Assembly (NCBI RefSeq): GCF_963921235.1
Contig: NC_086108.1
Location: forward strand, 100,504,001-100,568,000
Length of the DNA stretch: 64,000 nt
Direction of reading: 5' to 3'
Source: Mobula hypostoma
Lineage: Eukaryota
Made by a program: the position numbers and the translations under genes
Shown here: in pieces, positions 36,981 through 50,654 of the stretch
Position numbering within the stretch: position 1 is the first letter of the stretch
Layout: each line of letters begins with the position of its first letter
The notes under the pieces: model-generated
What the model saw: only the letters and a program-made list of their open reading frames with translations
Databases searched by the model: none
Told to the model about the DNA's origin: nothing

Positions 36981-39900
36981 AGAACATAGAAACATAGAAA
37001 ATAGGTGCAGGAGTAGGCCATTCGGCCCTTCGAGCCTGCACCGCCATTTATTATGATCATGGCTGATCATCCAACTCAGAACCCCGCCCCAGCCTTCCCT
37101 CCATACCCCCTGACCCCCGTAGCCACAAGGGCCATATCTAACTCCCTCTTAAACATAGCCAATGAACTGGCCTCAACAGTTTCCTGTGGCAGAGAATTCC
37201 ACAGATTCACCACTCTCTGTGTGAAGAAGTTTTTCCTAATCTCGGTCCTAAAAGGCTTCCCCTCTATCCTCAAACTGTGACCCCTCGTTCTGGACTTCCC
37301 CAACATGGGGAACAATCTTCCTGCATCTAGCCTGTCCAATCCCTTTAGGATCTTGTACGTTTCAATCAGATCCTCCCTCAATCTTCTAAATTCCAACGAG
37401 TACAAGCCCAGTTCATCCAGTCTTTCTTCATATGAAAGTCCTGCCATCCCAGGAATCAATCTGGTGAACCTTCTTTGTACTCCCTCTATGGCAAAGATGT
37501 CTTTCCTCAGATTAGGGGACCAAAACTGCACACAATACTCCAGGTGTGGTCTCACCAAGGCCTTGTACAACTGCAGGAGTACCTCCCTGCTCCTGTACTC
37601 GAATCCTCTCGCTATAAATGCTAGCATACCATTCGCCTTTTTCACCGCCTGCTGTACCTGCATGCCCACTTTCAATGACTGGTGTATAATGACACCCAGG
37701 TCTCATTGCACCTCCCCTTTTCCTAATTGGCCACCATTCAGATAATAATCTGTTTTCCTATTTTTGCCACCCAAGTGGATAACTTCACATTTATCCACAT
37801 TAAATTGCATCTGCCATGAGTTTGCCCACTCACCCAACCTATCCAAGTCACCCTGCATCCTCTTAGCATCCTCCTCACTGCTAACACTGCCACCCAGCTT
37901 CGTGTCATCCGCAAACTTGGAGATGCTGCATTTAATTCCCTCATCCAAGTCATTAATATATATTGTAAACAACTGGGGTCCCAGCACTGAGCCTTGCGGT
38001 ACCCCACTAGTCACTGCCTGCCATTCTGAAAAGGTCCCGTTTATTCCCACTCTTTGCTTCCTGTCTGCTAACCAATTCTCCACCCACACCAATACCTTAC
38101 CCCCAATACCATGTGCTTTAAGTTTGCACACTAATCTCTAGTGTGGGACCTTGTCAAAAGCCTTTTGAAAATCCAAATATACCACATCCACTGGTTCTCT
38201 CCTATCCACTCTACTAGTTACATCCTCAAAAAATTCTATGAGATTCGTCAGACATGATTTTCCTTTCACAAATCCATGCTGACTTTGTCCGATGATTTCA
38301 CCGCTTTCCAAATGTGCTGTTATCACATCCTTGATAACTGACTCCAGCAGTTTCCCCACCACCGACATTAGGCTAACCGGTCTATAATTCCCCGGTTTCT
38401 CTCTCCCTCCCTTTTTAAAAAGTGGGGTTACATTAGCCACCCTCCAATCCTCAGGATCTAGTCCAGAATCTAACGAGTTTTGAAAAATTATCACTAATGC
38501 ATCCACTATTTCTTGGGCTACTTCCTTAAGCACTCTAGGATGCAGACCATCTGGCCCTGGGGATTTATCTGCCTTCAATCCCTTCAATTTACCTAACACC
38601 ACTTCCCTACTAACATGTATTTCGCTCAGTTCCTCCATCTCACTGGACCCTCTGTCCCTTACTATTTCTGGAAGATTATTTATATCCTCCTTAGTGAAGA
38701 CAGAACCAAAGTAATTATTCAATTGGTCTGCCATGTCCTTGCTCCCCATAATCAATTCACCTGTTTCTGTCTGCAGGGGACCTACATTTGTCTTTACCAG
38801 TCTTTTCCTTTTTACATATCTATAAAAGCTTTTACAGTCCGTTTTTATGTTCTCTGCCAGTTTTCTCTCATAATCTTTTTTCCCCTTCCTAATTAAGCCC
38901 TTTGTCCTCCTCTGCTGAACTCTGAATTTCTCCCAGTCCTCAGGTGAGCCACTTTCTCTGGCTAATTTGTATGCTACTTCTTTGGAATTGATACTATCCC
39001 TAATTTCTCTTGTCAGCCACGGGTGCACTACCTTCCTTGATTTATTCTTTTGCCAAACTGGGATGAACAATTGTTGTAGTTCATCCATGCAACCTTTAAA
39101 TGCTTGCCATTGCATATCCACCGTCAATCCTTTAAGTGTCATTTGCCAGTCTATCTTAGCTAATTCACGTCTCATACCTTCAAAGTTACCCCTCTTTAAG
39201 TTCAGAACCTTTGTTTCTGAATTAACTATGTCACTCTCCATATTAATGAAGAAGTCCACCATATTATGGTCACTCTTACCCAAGGGGCCTCTCACGACAA
39301 GATCGCTAATTAACCCTTCCTCATTGCTCAAAACCCAGTCCAGAATAGCCTGCTCTCTAGTTGGTTCCTCGACATGTTGGTTCAAAAAACCATCCCGCAT
39401 ACATTCCAAGAAATCCTCTTCCTCAGCACCTTTACCAATTTGGTTCACCCGGTCTACATGTAGATTGAAGTCACCCATTATAACTGCTGTTCCTTTATTG
39501 CACACATTTCTAATTTCCTGTTTAATACCATCTCCGACCTCACTACTACTGTTAGGTGGCCTGTACACAACTCCCACCAGCGTCTTCTGCCCCTTAGTGT
39601 TACGCAGCTCTACCCATATCGATTCCACATCTTCCCGGCTTATGTCCTTCCTTTCTATTGCGTTAATCTCTTCTCTAACCAGCAACGCCACCCCACCTTC
39701 CCTTCCTTCACGTCTATCCCTCCTGAATATTGAATATCCCTGAACGTTGAGCTCCCATCCCTGGTCACCCTGGAGCCATGTCTCTGTGATCCCAACTATA
39801 TCATAATCATTAATAGCAATCTGCACTTTCAATTCATCCACCTTATTACGAACGCTCCTTGCATTGACACATAAAGCCTTCAGGTGCTCTTTTACAACTT

Positions 39901-40519
39901 TCTTAGCCCTTGTACAATTATGTTGAAAAGTGGCCCTTTTTAATGCTTGCCCTGGATTTGTCGGCCTGCCACTTTTACTTTTCTCCTTTGTACTTTTTGC
40001 TTCTACGCTCACTTTACACCCCTCTGTCTCTCTGCACTGGTTCCCATCCCTCTGTTGTGAACTAACCTCCTCACACCTAGCCTCTTTAAATTGATTCCCA
40101 CCCCCCAACCATTCTAGTTTAAAGTCACCTCAGTAGCCCCCGCTAATCTCCCTGTCAGGATATTGGTCCCCCTAGGATTCAAGTGTAACCCGTCCTTTTT
40201 GTACAGGTCACGCCTGCGCCAAAAGTGGTCCCAATGATCCAAAAACTTGAATCCCTGCCCCCTGCTCCAATCCCTCAGCCACGCATTTATCCTCCACCTC
40301 ATCGCATTCCTACTCTCACTGTCGCGTGGCACAGGCAGTAATCCCGAGATTACTACCTTTGCGGTCCTTTTTCTCAACTCCCTTCCTAGCTCCCTATATT
40401 CTCCTTTCAGGACCTCATCCCTTTTCCTACCTATGTCATTGGTACCTATATGTACCACGACCTCTGGCTCCTCACCCTCCCACTTCAGGATATCTTGGAC
40501 ACGATCAGAAATATCCCGG
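36979..40519 (-). mobile_element. Young CR1 LINE: 3' part of ORF1 plus complete ORF2 with two nonsense mutations
   Basis: ORFs 40108-38138, 38131-37703 and 37675-37076 share one frame; APE + RT (FADD); (tttctatg)n tail. Confidence 0.97.
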
Positions 40520-41168
40520 GTTAGGTGTAGGGTTCTCAGTAATATTAGCTGGACTGTTACCTGTTAATTACCTATTACAAAATGGCTTCTCTGAAGTGTT
40601 AAACTAAAATGGTCTCTTGTACTGTTTAACTGCTGTGTAAGGGGTTCTCTGTGGTGGTATGCTTGGGTTATAGTTAGTGATAATGGAAATTGTATTCATT
40701 TGCTAGCCAATGGAAGGCACGTTATGCTAGCTTGTATGTGTGTGCTGAGCTGAGGATCGTGGGCTTTTTCGGGAGGCGAGCGGAGAGGACGGACATGCGG
40801 GAAATGGACAGCGATTCCAGGGCAGCAGATACCGGACCTCGGGGGTTCAGATGGTGGCCGGAGTCTTGGTAGGATGTTGTGGATGGAATCAGAGGCGTGA
40901 GCTCCAACGTTTTAAAATATTATGTGCACAAGACTGATAAGTTACTTATGTGGCGCCTTTTCTTTTAGTTGTTGCTACTAACCCATCACCAAAAATTGCT
41001 ATGAAGTATACTTCTTTACTCGCACTTGGTATATTGTTTGATATTTGTGTCGTGGCTGATCACTGGGTGCCGCATACCATATCCTCATCAAAGTGTTTGC
41101 ACTGTTTGGTGGGGTCGACGACCATTCACCCTAGGCAATGGGAGTCAGTTGGGGCCAAAGACGTTATA
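40520..41168 (+). mobile_element. LTR-like element, related to 55883-56575
   Basis: Shares blocks with the reverse complement of 55883-56575 (tgtaaggggtt, aaaatggcttct, ccaat, gagctccaac); ends gttata. Confidence 0.6.
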
Positions 41169-41800
41169 TATGGGAGGAAACCAGAGCACCCAGAGGAAAC
41201 CCATGCGGTCATGGGGAGAACATACAAACTCCTTACAGACAGTGGCGAGAATTGAACCTTGATCTTCCGATTGCAGGCACTGAGAGTGTTACACTAACCA
41301 CTACGTACTGTGCAGCCCATGATGATGTGCGCCCTGTAGACAGCGATGCTCCTAACATACTGCGGTAAAGTTAACGGGTCTAGAAGTTGCTGTCAGAGTA
41401 GTCTGGGTGAGTTCACTGCAGGCACAGTGTACAGGTAAAACCTTAGGGTGAGGGATGAGCTGCCAATCAAACGGCTACTTCTTCCCAGACAATGTTGAAC
41501 TTATTGAGAGTTTTTAAAAGTTGTACTTACCCAGGCGAATAGGGAGTATTCTATCTGCTTGTGTCTTTTTTAAAAAACTTTGCAACGTAAGGACATGAGG
41601 TACCCCACCTCTGACCTGAACTTGTAGCACAATATTTCTGTAGCTGCTTCACTTGTGTGGATTCAGGGATATGAAGATGGCGAGCTTGGTGTTGGCAAAG
41701 TTATCCAATGCCGAGGTAGGTGGACAGACTCCTGTTAGTGATTGTTAATGCATGAACAGTAGAGGTTAGGATGACTCTAATGTTGCAGAGGTGGTACAAG

Positions 41801-42088
41801 TGTGGGCATGTGGCCAAGTGGTTAAGGCATTGGACTAGCGACCTGAAGGTCGTGAGTTCGAGCCCCAGCCGAGGCAGCGTGTTGTGTCCTTGAGCAAGGC
41901 ACTTAATCTCACAGCGATGACACTGGTGCCAAGCTGTATGGGTCCTAATGTCCTTCCCTTGGACAACATTGGTGTCATGGAGAGGGGAGACTTGCAGCAT
42001 GGGCAACTGCTGGTCTTCCATACAACCTTGCCCAGGAGAGTGAAGATTTTCCAGGTGCAGACCTCCATGGTCTTGCAAGACTAACAGA
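41801..42088 (+). mobile_element. tRNA-derived SINE, second copy, with 9-bp TSD
   Basis: Same A/B boxes and body as 35416-35723; TSD tggtacaag at 41792-41800 and 42089-42097. Confidence 0.88.
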
Positions 42089-42129
42089 TGGTACAAGGGG
42101 ACACTCAGGAGTGTACTGGAATAGACGAG

Positions 42130-42540
42130 ACCCAATGCACAGCATTGGACGAGGCTACAGAGAAGTGCAGTCTCAGCTAACTCCATTATGGACACCAGCC
42201 ACTGCACCATTGAGGACATCTTCAAAAAGCAGATCCTCAAGAATGTGGCATCTGTCATTAAGAACCCTCACCATCCAGGACATGCCCTCTTCTCATTGCG
42301 ACAGCAGGAAGGAGGTGCAAAAGCCTGAAGCCCTACACTCAAAGTTTCAGGAGCAGTGTCTTCCCCTCCACCATCAGATTTCTGAATGGTCCATGAAGCC
42401 ATGAAATCTGCCTCAGTACTCCTCTTTTGTAGTTTTTTTTGTAACTTCCAGTATTTTTTTTATCTTGCACTGTATTGCTGCCAGAAAACAACAAATTACT
42501 CGACATATGTCTGCAATAATAAAACTGATTCCGATTCCAA
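42130..42540 (+). mobile_element. Rex1-type LINE 3' remnant
   Basis: Degenerate 'HHPGHALFSL...GRR' region and tail aataataaaactgattccgattcc. Confidence 0.6.
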
Positions 42541-43044
42541 GATCACAAAATGGCTGTTGATGAGTACGTTCAAGGCAGAAATCAAAAAGATTTTGAAAAT
42601 TAAGGCTATTTTGGGTCTTCAGGATAGAACTTCTGCATGATTTATAACACAATTAACAATTTAACATGAATAAAACATTCCACGGTTGAATGACAGGCTC
42701 GGTGGCTGGGAAAAGATCGTCTGGCCACCTTGATAAAGCAAAAAAAAAGGGAATATTTTACCAGCTGTCAAAGCAGTTTCATGAAAAATGATTTGGGGAA
42801 GAAAATAAAGCATTAGCTTATTGTGCCATACACAATTCCCAGCTAGCTTAATCCACTCCCCAGCCTTTACTGAATTCACTTCTCTGAGGGAGGAAACAGA
42901 ATACTTAACCAACATCCTCAAAGAAACAGAAACTAAAGGTAGTTACAACATGAGAAAAGCTTTGCATGCTATCCATTGGGATCATTTCATCACGTTGAGG
43001 TAGTAGAAAAGGAAGAGTAGTAACTAATCCAGAATGGAAATTGA

Positions 43045-43375
43045 CGGGAAATAGATGGGAAAATGCAAGCAGGCTTTTCCCACTGAGGTTGGATGGGACT
43101 ACAACCATAGGTCATGGGTTAAGGGTGAAAGGTGAAAAGTTTGAGGGGAACATGAGGGGAAACTTCTTCACTCAGAGGATGATCAGAATGTGGAACAATC
43201 TGCCAGTGCAAGTGATGCATGCAAGCTTGATTTTGATGCCTAAGAGAAGTTTGGATAGGTACACAGATGGTAGAACTGTGGTCCCAGTGCAGGTCAATGG
43301 AAGTAGGCAGTTGAAATGATTCAGCATGGATTAGATGGGCTGAAGGGCCTGTTTCTGTACTGTATTTTTCTATTA
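43045..43375 (+). mobile_element. CR1 3' fragment
   Basis: 'GHGLRVKGEKFEGNMRGNFFTQRMIRMWNNLP' plus hairpin. Confidence 0.88.
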
Positions 43376-43377
43376 TT

Positions 43378-44588
43378 AAGTGCAGAATAGGACCTATCAA
43401 ATGTGACAGTGGGAAAGTACGTATGGAACCAGAGGAAATAGCAGAGCTTCTTAATGAATACTTCAGTATTCACTATGGAAAAGGATCTTGGTGATTGTAG
43501 TGATGACTTGCAGCAGACTGAAAAGCTTGAGCATGTAGATATTAAGAAAGAGGATGTGCTGGATCTTTTGGAAAGTATCAAGTTGGATAAGTTGCCGGGA
43601 CTGGATGAGATGTACCCTAGGCTACTGTGGGAGGAGAGGGAGGAGATTGCTGAGCCTCTGGCAATGATCTTTGCATCATCAATGGGGATGGGAGAGGTTC
43701 TGGAGGATTGGATGGTTATGGATGTTGTTCCTTTATTCAAGAAAGAGTAGAGATAGCCCAGGAAATTATAGACCAGTGAGTCTTACCTCAGTGGTTGGTA
43801 AGTTGAAGAAGAAGATCCTGAGAGGCAGGATTAATGAACATTTGGAGAGGTATAATATGATTAGGAATAGTCAGCATGGCTTTGTGAAAGGCAGGTCGTA
43901 CCTTACGAGCCTGATTGAATTTTTTGAGGATGTGACTAAACACATTGATGAAGGAAGAGCAGTAGATGTAGTGTATAAGGATTTCAGCAAGGCATTTAAT
44001 AAGGTACCCCATCCAAGGCTTACTGAGAAAGTAAGGAGGCATGGGATCCAAGGGGACATTGCCTTGTGGATCCAGAACTGGCTTGCCCACAGAAGGCAAA
44101 GAGTGGTTGTAGATGGGTCATATTCTGCATGGAGGTTGGTCACCAGTGGAGTGCCTCAGGGATCTGTTCTGGGACCCTTACTCTTTGTGATTTTTATAAA
44201 TGGCCTGGATGAGGAAGTGGAGGGATGGGTTAGTAAGTTTGCTGATGACACAAAGGTTGGCGGTGTTGTTGATGGTGTGGAGGGCTGTCAGGAGTTACAG
44301 CGGGACATTGATAGGATGCAAAACTGGGCTGAGAAGTGGCAGATGGAGTTTAACCCAGATACGTGTGAAGTGGTTCTTTTTGGTAGGTCAAATATGATGG
44401 CAGAATATAGTATTAATGGTAAAACTCTTGGCAGCATGGAGGATCAGAGGGGTCTTGGGGTCCGAGTCCATAGGACGCTCAAAGCAGCTGCGCAGGTTGA
44501 CTCTGTGGTTAAGAAGGCGTGTGTGTATTGGCCTTCATCAATCGTGGAATTGAATTTAGGAGCTGAGAGGTAATGTTGCAGCTATATA
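43378..44588 (+). mobile_element. CR1 internal RT fragment, truncated at both ends
   Basis: 'NYRPVSLTSVVGK', 'GVPQGSVLGP', 'VSKFADDTK'; similarity ends abruptly at gcagctatatag. Confidence 0.92.
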
Positions 44589-44884
44589 GCATTTTCGAGG
44601 GCCCCGCCCACACTAAATGCTTGCAAGTTGCAGTCTGCTGAAATAGGCATCTCACCGTATTCTCACGACTGTTAGTGAGTTTTGGGTAGATGATTCATTT
44701 ACACTTAAATAAATGACTTCAGCCATCGGTCTTCTGTTCTTTGACAAAGTATTGTGGATTGACAATGCATAACAATGCATTTCCTAAAAAGCTGTGAACC
44801 CAGCTTCATTTGTAACAATGCATCTCTGGCGCCTCTGAGACAAAAATGCTAAGTTTACAGGTATTTGCGAAGGCATCATATCTA
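44589..44884 (+). mobile_element. Probable 5' subterminal part of the hAT element (left TIR missing)
   Basis: gggcccc motif like that near the hAT right end (55179); joins 49701 via the L1 TSD. Inference. Confidence 0.45.
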
Positions 44885-44892
44885 TGCTTTTT

Positions 44893-47800
44893 TAAATATT
44901 CTTTTCATTTTTTATTACAAACAAACAAACAAAAAAACACAGCACAGGATTGCTACCTGTGCTAGGTGCCAGTGAGGGTAGGAATAGGATGCTCTGGAGG
45001 ATGAACAAGTGGCTGAGGAACTGGTGTAGGGGGCAGGGTTTCACATTTCAGGATAATTGGGACCTCTTCTGGGGCAGTTGGGACCTGTACAAGAGAGACG
45101 CATTACACTTGAACTACAGGGGGACCAATATCCTTTCAGGGAGGTTTGTTATTTCTATTGGGGAGGCTTTAAACTAGATTGGCAGGGGGATGAGAACCAG
45201 AGTGCCAGAGCTGACAGTGTGGCTGGGGTGAAAATAAATGATGTTAAAAGTTCAAGCAAATCCGCTAATAGAAAGGTTGTGAGTGGTGGTAAAAATCTTC
45301 TGAGGTGTATATATTTCAATGCTAGGAGTATTGCAGGGAAGGCGGATGAGTTCAGGGCGAGGATTGATACGTGGAATTATGACGTTATAGTGAGTAGTGA
45401 AACTTGGCTACAGGAGGGGCAGGACTGGCAGCTTAATATTCCAGGGTTCGGATGTTTCAGATGTAATCGAGGCAGAGGGGGAGTAGCATTGCTTGTTAGG
45501 GAAAATATTACAGCAGTGCTCAGGCAGGACAGATTAGAGGGCTTGTCTACTGAGTCCTTATGGGTGGAGCTGAGAAACGGGAAAGGTATGGCCATATTAG
45601 TGGGATTGTATTACAGACCACCCAATAATCAACGAGAATTGGAAGAGCAAATCTACAGAGAGATAGCAGGCAACTGCAGGAAACAAAGTTGTGGTGGTAG
45701 GGGATTTTAATTTTCCGTATATTGTTGGGACTCCCATACTGTTAGGGGTCCAGATGGTTTAGAGTTTGTAAAATGTGTTCAGGAAAGTTTTCTAAATCAA
45801 TTTATAGAGGGGCCAACTAGAGGGGATGCAATATTGGATCTCCTGTTAGGAAACGAGTTAGGACAAGTGACGGAAGTCTGTGTAGGGGAGCACCTTGGTT
45901 CCAGTGATCATAACACCATTAGTTTCAACTTGATCATGGACAAAGATAGATCTGGTCCTAGAGTTGAGGTTCTTAACTGGAAGAAGGCCAAATTTGAAGA
46001 AATGAGAAAGGATCTAAAAAGTGTGGATTGGGACAGGTTGTTCTCTGGCAAGGATATGATCGGTAGGTGGGAAGCCTTCAAAGGAGAAATTTTGAGAGTA
46101 CAGAATTTGTATGTTCCTGTCGGGATTAAAGGCAAAGTAAATAGGAATAAGGAACCTTGGTTCTCAAGGGATATTGTAACTCTGACAAAGAAGAAGAGGG
46201 AGTTGTATGATATGTATAGGAAGCAGGGAGTAAATAAGGTGCTTGAGGAGTATAAGAAGTGCAAGAAAATACTTAAGAAAGAAATCAGGAGGGCTAAAAG
46301 AAGACATGAGGTTGCATTGGCAGTCAAAGTGAAGGATAATCCAAAGAGCTTTTACAGGTATATTAAGAGCAAAAGGATTGTATGGGATAAAATTGATCCT
46401 CTTGAAGATCAGAGTGGTCGCCTATTTGCAGAACCAAAGGAAATGGGGGAGATCTTAAATAGGTTTTTTGCGTCTGTATTTACTAAGGAAACTGGCATGA
46501 AGTCTATGGAATTAGGGGAAACAAGTAGTGAGATCATAGAAACTGTACAGATCGAAAAGGAGAAGGTCCTTGCTGTCTTGAGGAAAATTAAAGTGGATAA
46601 ATCCCCAGGACCTGGCAGGGTGTTCCCTCGGACCTTGAAGGAGACTGGTGTTGAAATTGCAGGGGCCTTGGCAGAAATATTTAAAATGTCGCTGTCTACA
46701 GGTGTGGTGCCAGAGGATTGGAGAGTGGCTCATGTTGTTCCGTTGTTTAAAAAAGGATCGAAAAGTAATCTGGGAAATCATAGGCCAGTAAATTTAACGT
46801 CGGTAGTAGGTAAGTTATTGGAGGGAGTACTAAGAGACAGAATCTACAAGCATTTGGATAGACAGGGACTTATTAGGGAGAGTCAACATGGCTTTGTGCA
46901 TGGTAGGTCATGTTTGACCAATCTATTGGAGTTTTTCGAGGAGGTTACCAGGAAAGTGGATGAAGGGAAGGCAGTGGATATTGTCTACATGGACTTCAGT
47001 AAGGCCTTTGACAAGGTCCCGCATGGGAGGTTAGTTAGGAAAATTCAGTCGCTAGGTATACATGAAGAGGTGGTAAATTGGATCAGACATTGGCTCAATG
47101 GAAGAAGCCAAAGAGTGGCAGTAGAGAATTGCTTCTCCGAGTGGAGGCCTGTGACTGGTGGTGCGCCACAGGGATCAGTGCTGGGTCCATTGTTATTTGT
47201 CATCTATATCAATGATCTGGATGATAATGTGGTAAATTGGATCAGCAAATTTGCTGATGATACAAAGATTGGAGGTGTAGTAGACAGCGAGGAAGGTTTT
47301 CAGAGCCTGCAGCGGGACTTGGACCAGCTGGAAAAATGGGCTGAAAAATGGCAGATGGAGTTTAATGCAGACAAGTGTGAGGTATTGCACGTTGGAAGGA
47401 CAAACTAAGGTAGAACATACAGGGTTAATGGTAAGGCACTGAGGAGTGCAGTGGAACAGAGGGATCTGGGAATACAGATACAAAATTCCCTAAAAGTGGC
47501 GTCACAGGTAGATAGGGTCGTAAAGAGAGCTTTTGGTACATTGGCCTTTATTAATGGAAGTATTGAGTATAAGAGCTGGAATGTTATGATGAGGTTGTAT
47601 AAGGCATTAGTGAGGCCGAATCTGGAGTATTGTGTTCAGTTTTGGTCACCAAATTACAGGAAAGATATAAATAAGGTTGAAAGAGTGCAGAGAAGGTTTA
47701 CAAGGTTGTTGCTGGGACTTGAGAAACTCAGTTACAGAGAAAGGTTGAATAGGTTATGACTTTATTCCCTGGAGCGTAGAAAAATGAGGGGAGATTTGAT

Positions 47801-49692
47801 AGAGGTATATAAAAATTATGATGGGTATAGATAGAGTGAATGCAAGCAGGCTTTTTCCACTGAGGCAAGGGGAGAAAAAAACCAGAGGACATGGGTTAAG
47901 GGTGAGGGGGGGGGGGAAGTTTAAAGGGAACATTAGCAGGGGCTTCTTCACACAGAGTGGTGGGAGTATGGAATGAGCTGCCAGACGAGGTGGTAAATGT
48001 GGGTTCTTTTTTAACATTTAAGAATAAATTGGACAGTTACATGGATGGGAGGTGTATGGAGGGATATGGTCCGTGTGCAGGTCAGTGGGACCAGGCAGAA
48101 AATGGTTTGGCACAGCCATGAAGGGCCAAAAGGCCTGTTTCTGTGTTGTAGTTTCTATGGTTTCTATAGTTTCTATCCATAAAAACCACAACCTTAACAA
48201 AATCAAATTAAATATTGAGCAGCAAAAGGGAGAAAAATATAAAGGCAAAAGTAAACATACACAGCAGAGGTGCACCACACCATAAAACTGCAGTCCTCAC
48301 CCCGTAAGAAAGTCCAATACAGGGCCCCATATCCTTTCAAAGATGTCCCCTCTGTCCTCATTACATTTGGAAAGACTGAGACTATGTAAAGTATTTGCCA
48401 GTTTTCTCAGCCACAGATTGTACGTAGGTAGACTCCATTTTCCGCATTTGCAGGATTAACTTCTTAGCAATCACCGTTCCAAAAAATACAACCATTTTGA
48501 AGATGGGGAGCTTGTTGCTCCAAGGATGGCTATGAGTGGGTCTGGTTCCCACTGCTTCCCAAAGGCCTCAGAAAAACAGGGAAAGGTACTTGTCCAGTAT
48601 GCGTAAAGCTTACAACATGACCAGAATGAATGTGACAAGCTACTGTTCAGATTTATATCTATTACAAACTGGTGAAACATCAGGGTAGAAACTGTAACTT
48701 TTCTTTGGAATAATGGAGTCTATGTATTGTTTTAAACTGTATAAGTCTGTGTCTGACATTGGCTGAACAATCATGTATACTCTTTAAACACTCATCCCAG
48801 ACCTCCTCTCAGTTCTATACCTAATTCATCCACCCATGCCTGCTTAAGACCTGCAGTATTCACCCGAGCTCCATTATATAGGATCTGATAAAAATAGGAT
48901 ACTGCACTACGAGTAACAGGATCAAATTTATTTATTGCCTCCAGGGACTCGTGTTGGTCTAAAACTTCGAAGTTAGGTATATATTTCCTAACGTAATCTC
49001 GAATTTGTAAATATCGTTTATATAAAAAAAAAACTAGATGCAGGAATATTGTAAACTGCTTGTAACTGTGCAAATGAGGCAAAGTTTCCATTAATATGTA
49101 GGCCATCTACACTACAGATGCCTCTGTTTCCAGGTATAAAAAAAGTATCATTTAGGCCAGGCAAAAAGGAATGATTGTCACAAATCGAAGTGTCAATATA
49201 AGTTTTTGGGGCCTTAATGTCTAGTTGAATCTGCTTCCAGATTCTTATAGTGCTGCCAACCACGAAGCTGTTACTAAAATGTGACTTATTAACTGCAATG
49301 GGTCTATTAAGAAGAGCTGGTAAGGAAGTCTTCTTACAAAGCATTCGCTCTTTGAGTAACCACGCTGGGCACGAGTCTGAGGTAGAGGGTGGGCCTTTTT
49401 TCCACCATGCAAGAATGGATAGGTGGGCAGCCCAGTAATACGTTTTAACATCCGGTAGGGCAAAACCACCTGCTTCCTTGGGCTTTGACAAGTGTTTTTT
49501 AGTATTTCTAATGGCTTTATAATTCCAAATGAAGGGTATAATAATTGAATCCAATTTCTTAAAATATGACAGAGGGATAAAACATGGAATTGACTGGAAA
49601 AGATGAAGAAATTGTGGCAGTACAATCATCTTGATTGTGTTAACCCTTCCCACCAAAGAAATTGGAAGGGTTTTCCAAAAGTCAATATTGCT
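44893..49692 (-). mobile_element. 5'-truncated L1-clade LINE, split by a CR1 (pieces 44893-44946 and 48177-49692)
   Basis: 'VGRVNTIKMIVLPQFLHLFQSIP...GGFALPD', 'SLSHSFWSC'; A-rich tail with AATAAA on the - strand near 44895-44916; TSD tgcttttt at 44885-44892 and 49693-49700. Confidence 0.85.
44947..48176 (+). mobile_element. CR1 LINE (ORF1 3' end + ORF2 with frameshifts) nested in the L1 3'UTR
   Basis: 'CIYFNARSI', 'SDHN', 524-aa RT ORF 45834-47408 with FADD; (gtttctat)n-type tail. Confidence 0.95.
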
Positions 49693-49719
49693 TGCTTTTT
49701 GAATATGAATTGTCCTCTA

Positions 49720-50024
49720 TGTTAGCACGTAAGATAACAACTAATGTATTACGGATTTTAACTTGCATTCCTAAAGGCCATGAATGCCAGCTTAGGCATA
49801 CTGGCGCCGGTAGAATGAATTTAATCAAAAGATGTGAAAACTTCAAAGAATTGTCTATACTTGTAACTATGAACTGTCTTTTTTGTTTAGCAAATAAATA
49901 CCAAGGCGGTTAGACCTATTCTGCCAGGGGTCTCTGCTTGCTGTAACCTTGTTTTGTCGAATAAAGAAACTGCCTTGTACCTACTGGTAACACAACGCTC
50001 TGTGATTTCATCCACGCCACAACA
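49720..50024 (+). mobile_element. Possible small solo LTR
   Basis: TGTT...AACA ends and AATAAA near 49960; no convincing TSD. Confidence 0.35.
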
Positions 50025-50654
50025 ATGAAGATCTGGCAATGCTGTTTTCATTTCGGGGGAGCTGCATGCTGCATGGTACAGTATGCGTGTGCAGGCGTGG
50101 GTTGGCTCCTTGTTGTGTCATGGTGACCTTTGTGCTATCTCCCACGCTCCCAAGCCACTGCAGTGTGCGCGGTTACACTGCAATCTCCAGCAGCACCGCA
50201 GTGAGCCTGCGACAAGGGATGCGCGACTCAACCGTTTTATGTGACCCAGTTCATGAGTCCTCATTTTGGGTAGTCCAAACCAGTTCAGGAAAATACAAGA
50301 TCGGATTAGACTGTGAGTTTCAACCTGTATTTCCCAATGGAAATGAGTTTCAATAAGCAACTAAACAGATAAATTTTAGAACACTATTCCGAGTTGGTTG
50401 TTGAGTTCATGTGATCCACACGCGCTCATAGCCACAACAGTCACATAAATTTGTTGTTGTTCACTAGTCTTTGTTGATGCCACTACTTAGCTTTTGTAAC
50501 GTAAACTATTTGTTTTTAAATGCATATTTCATTATTTTTTTTCCATTGCAGATAGCAATGAGCAAATAGAGCCAGAGATATTGGACATCATTATGCTTCT
50601 GGAAGTGCAAAACATAAAGCAAAGGAAGAAAAAAAAGAAAGAAGAGTTCAACTT

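Noticed and set aside
38967..39743. 258-aa ORF on + and similar antisense ORFs (7625-8197, 24369-24938, 45908-46327)
   Set aside because: Antisense shadows of CR1 coding sequence.
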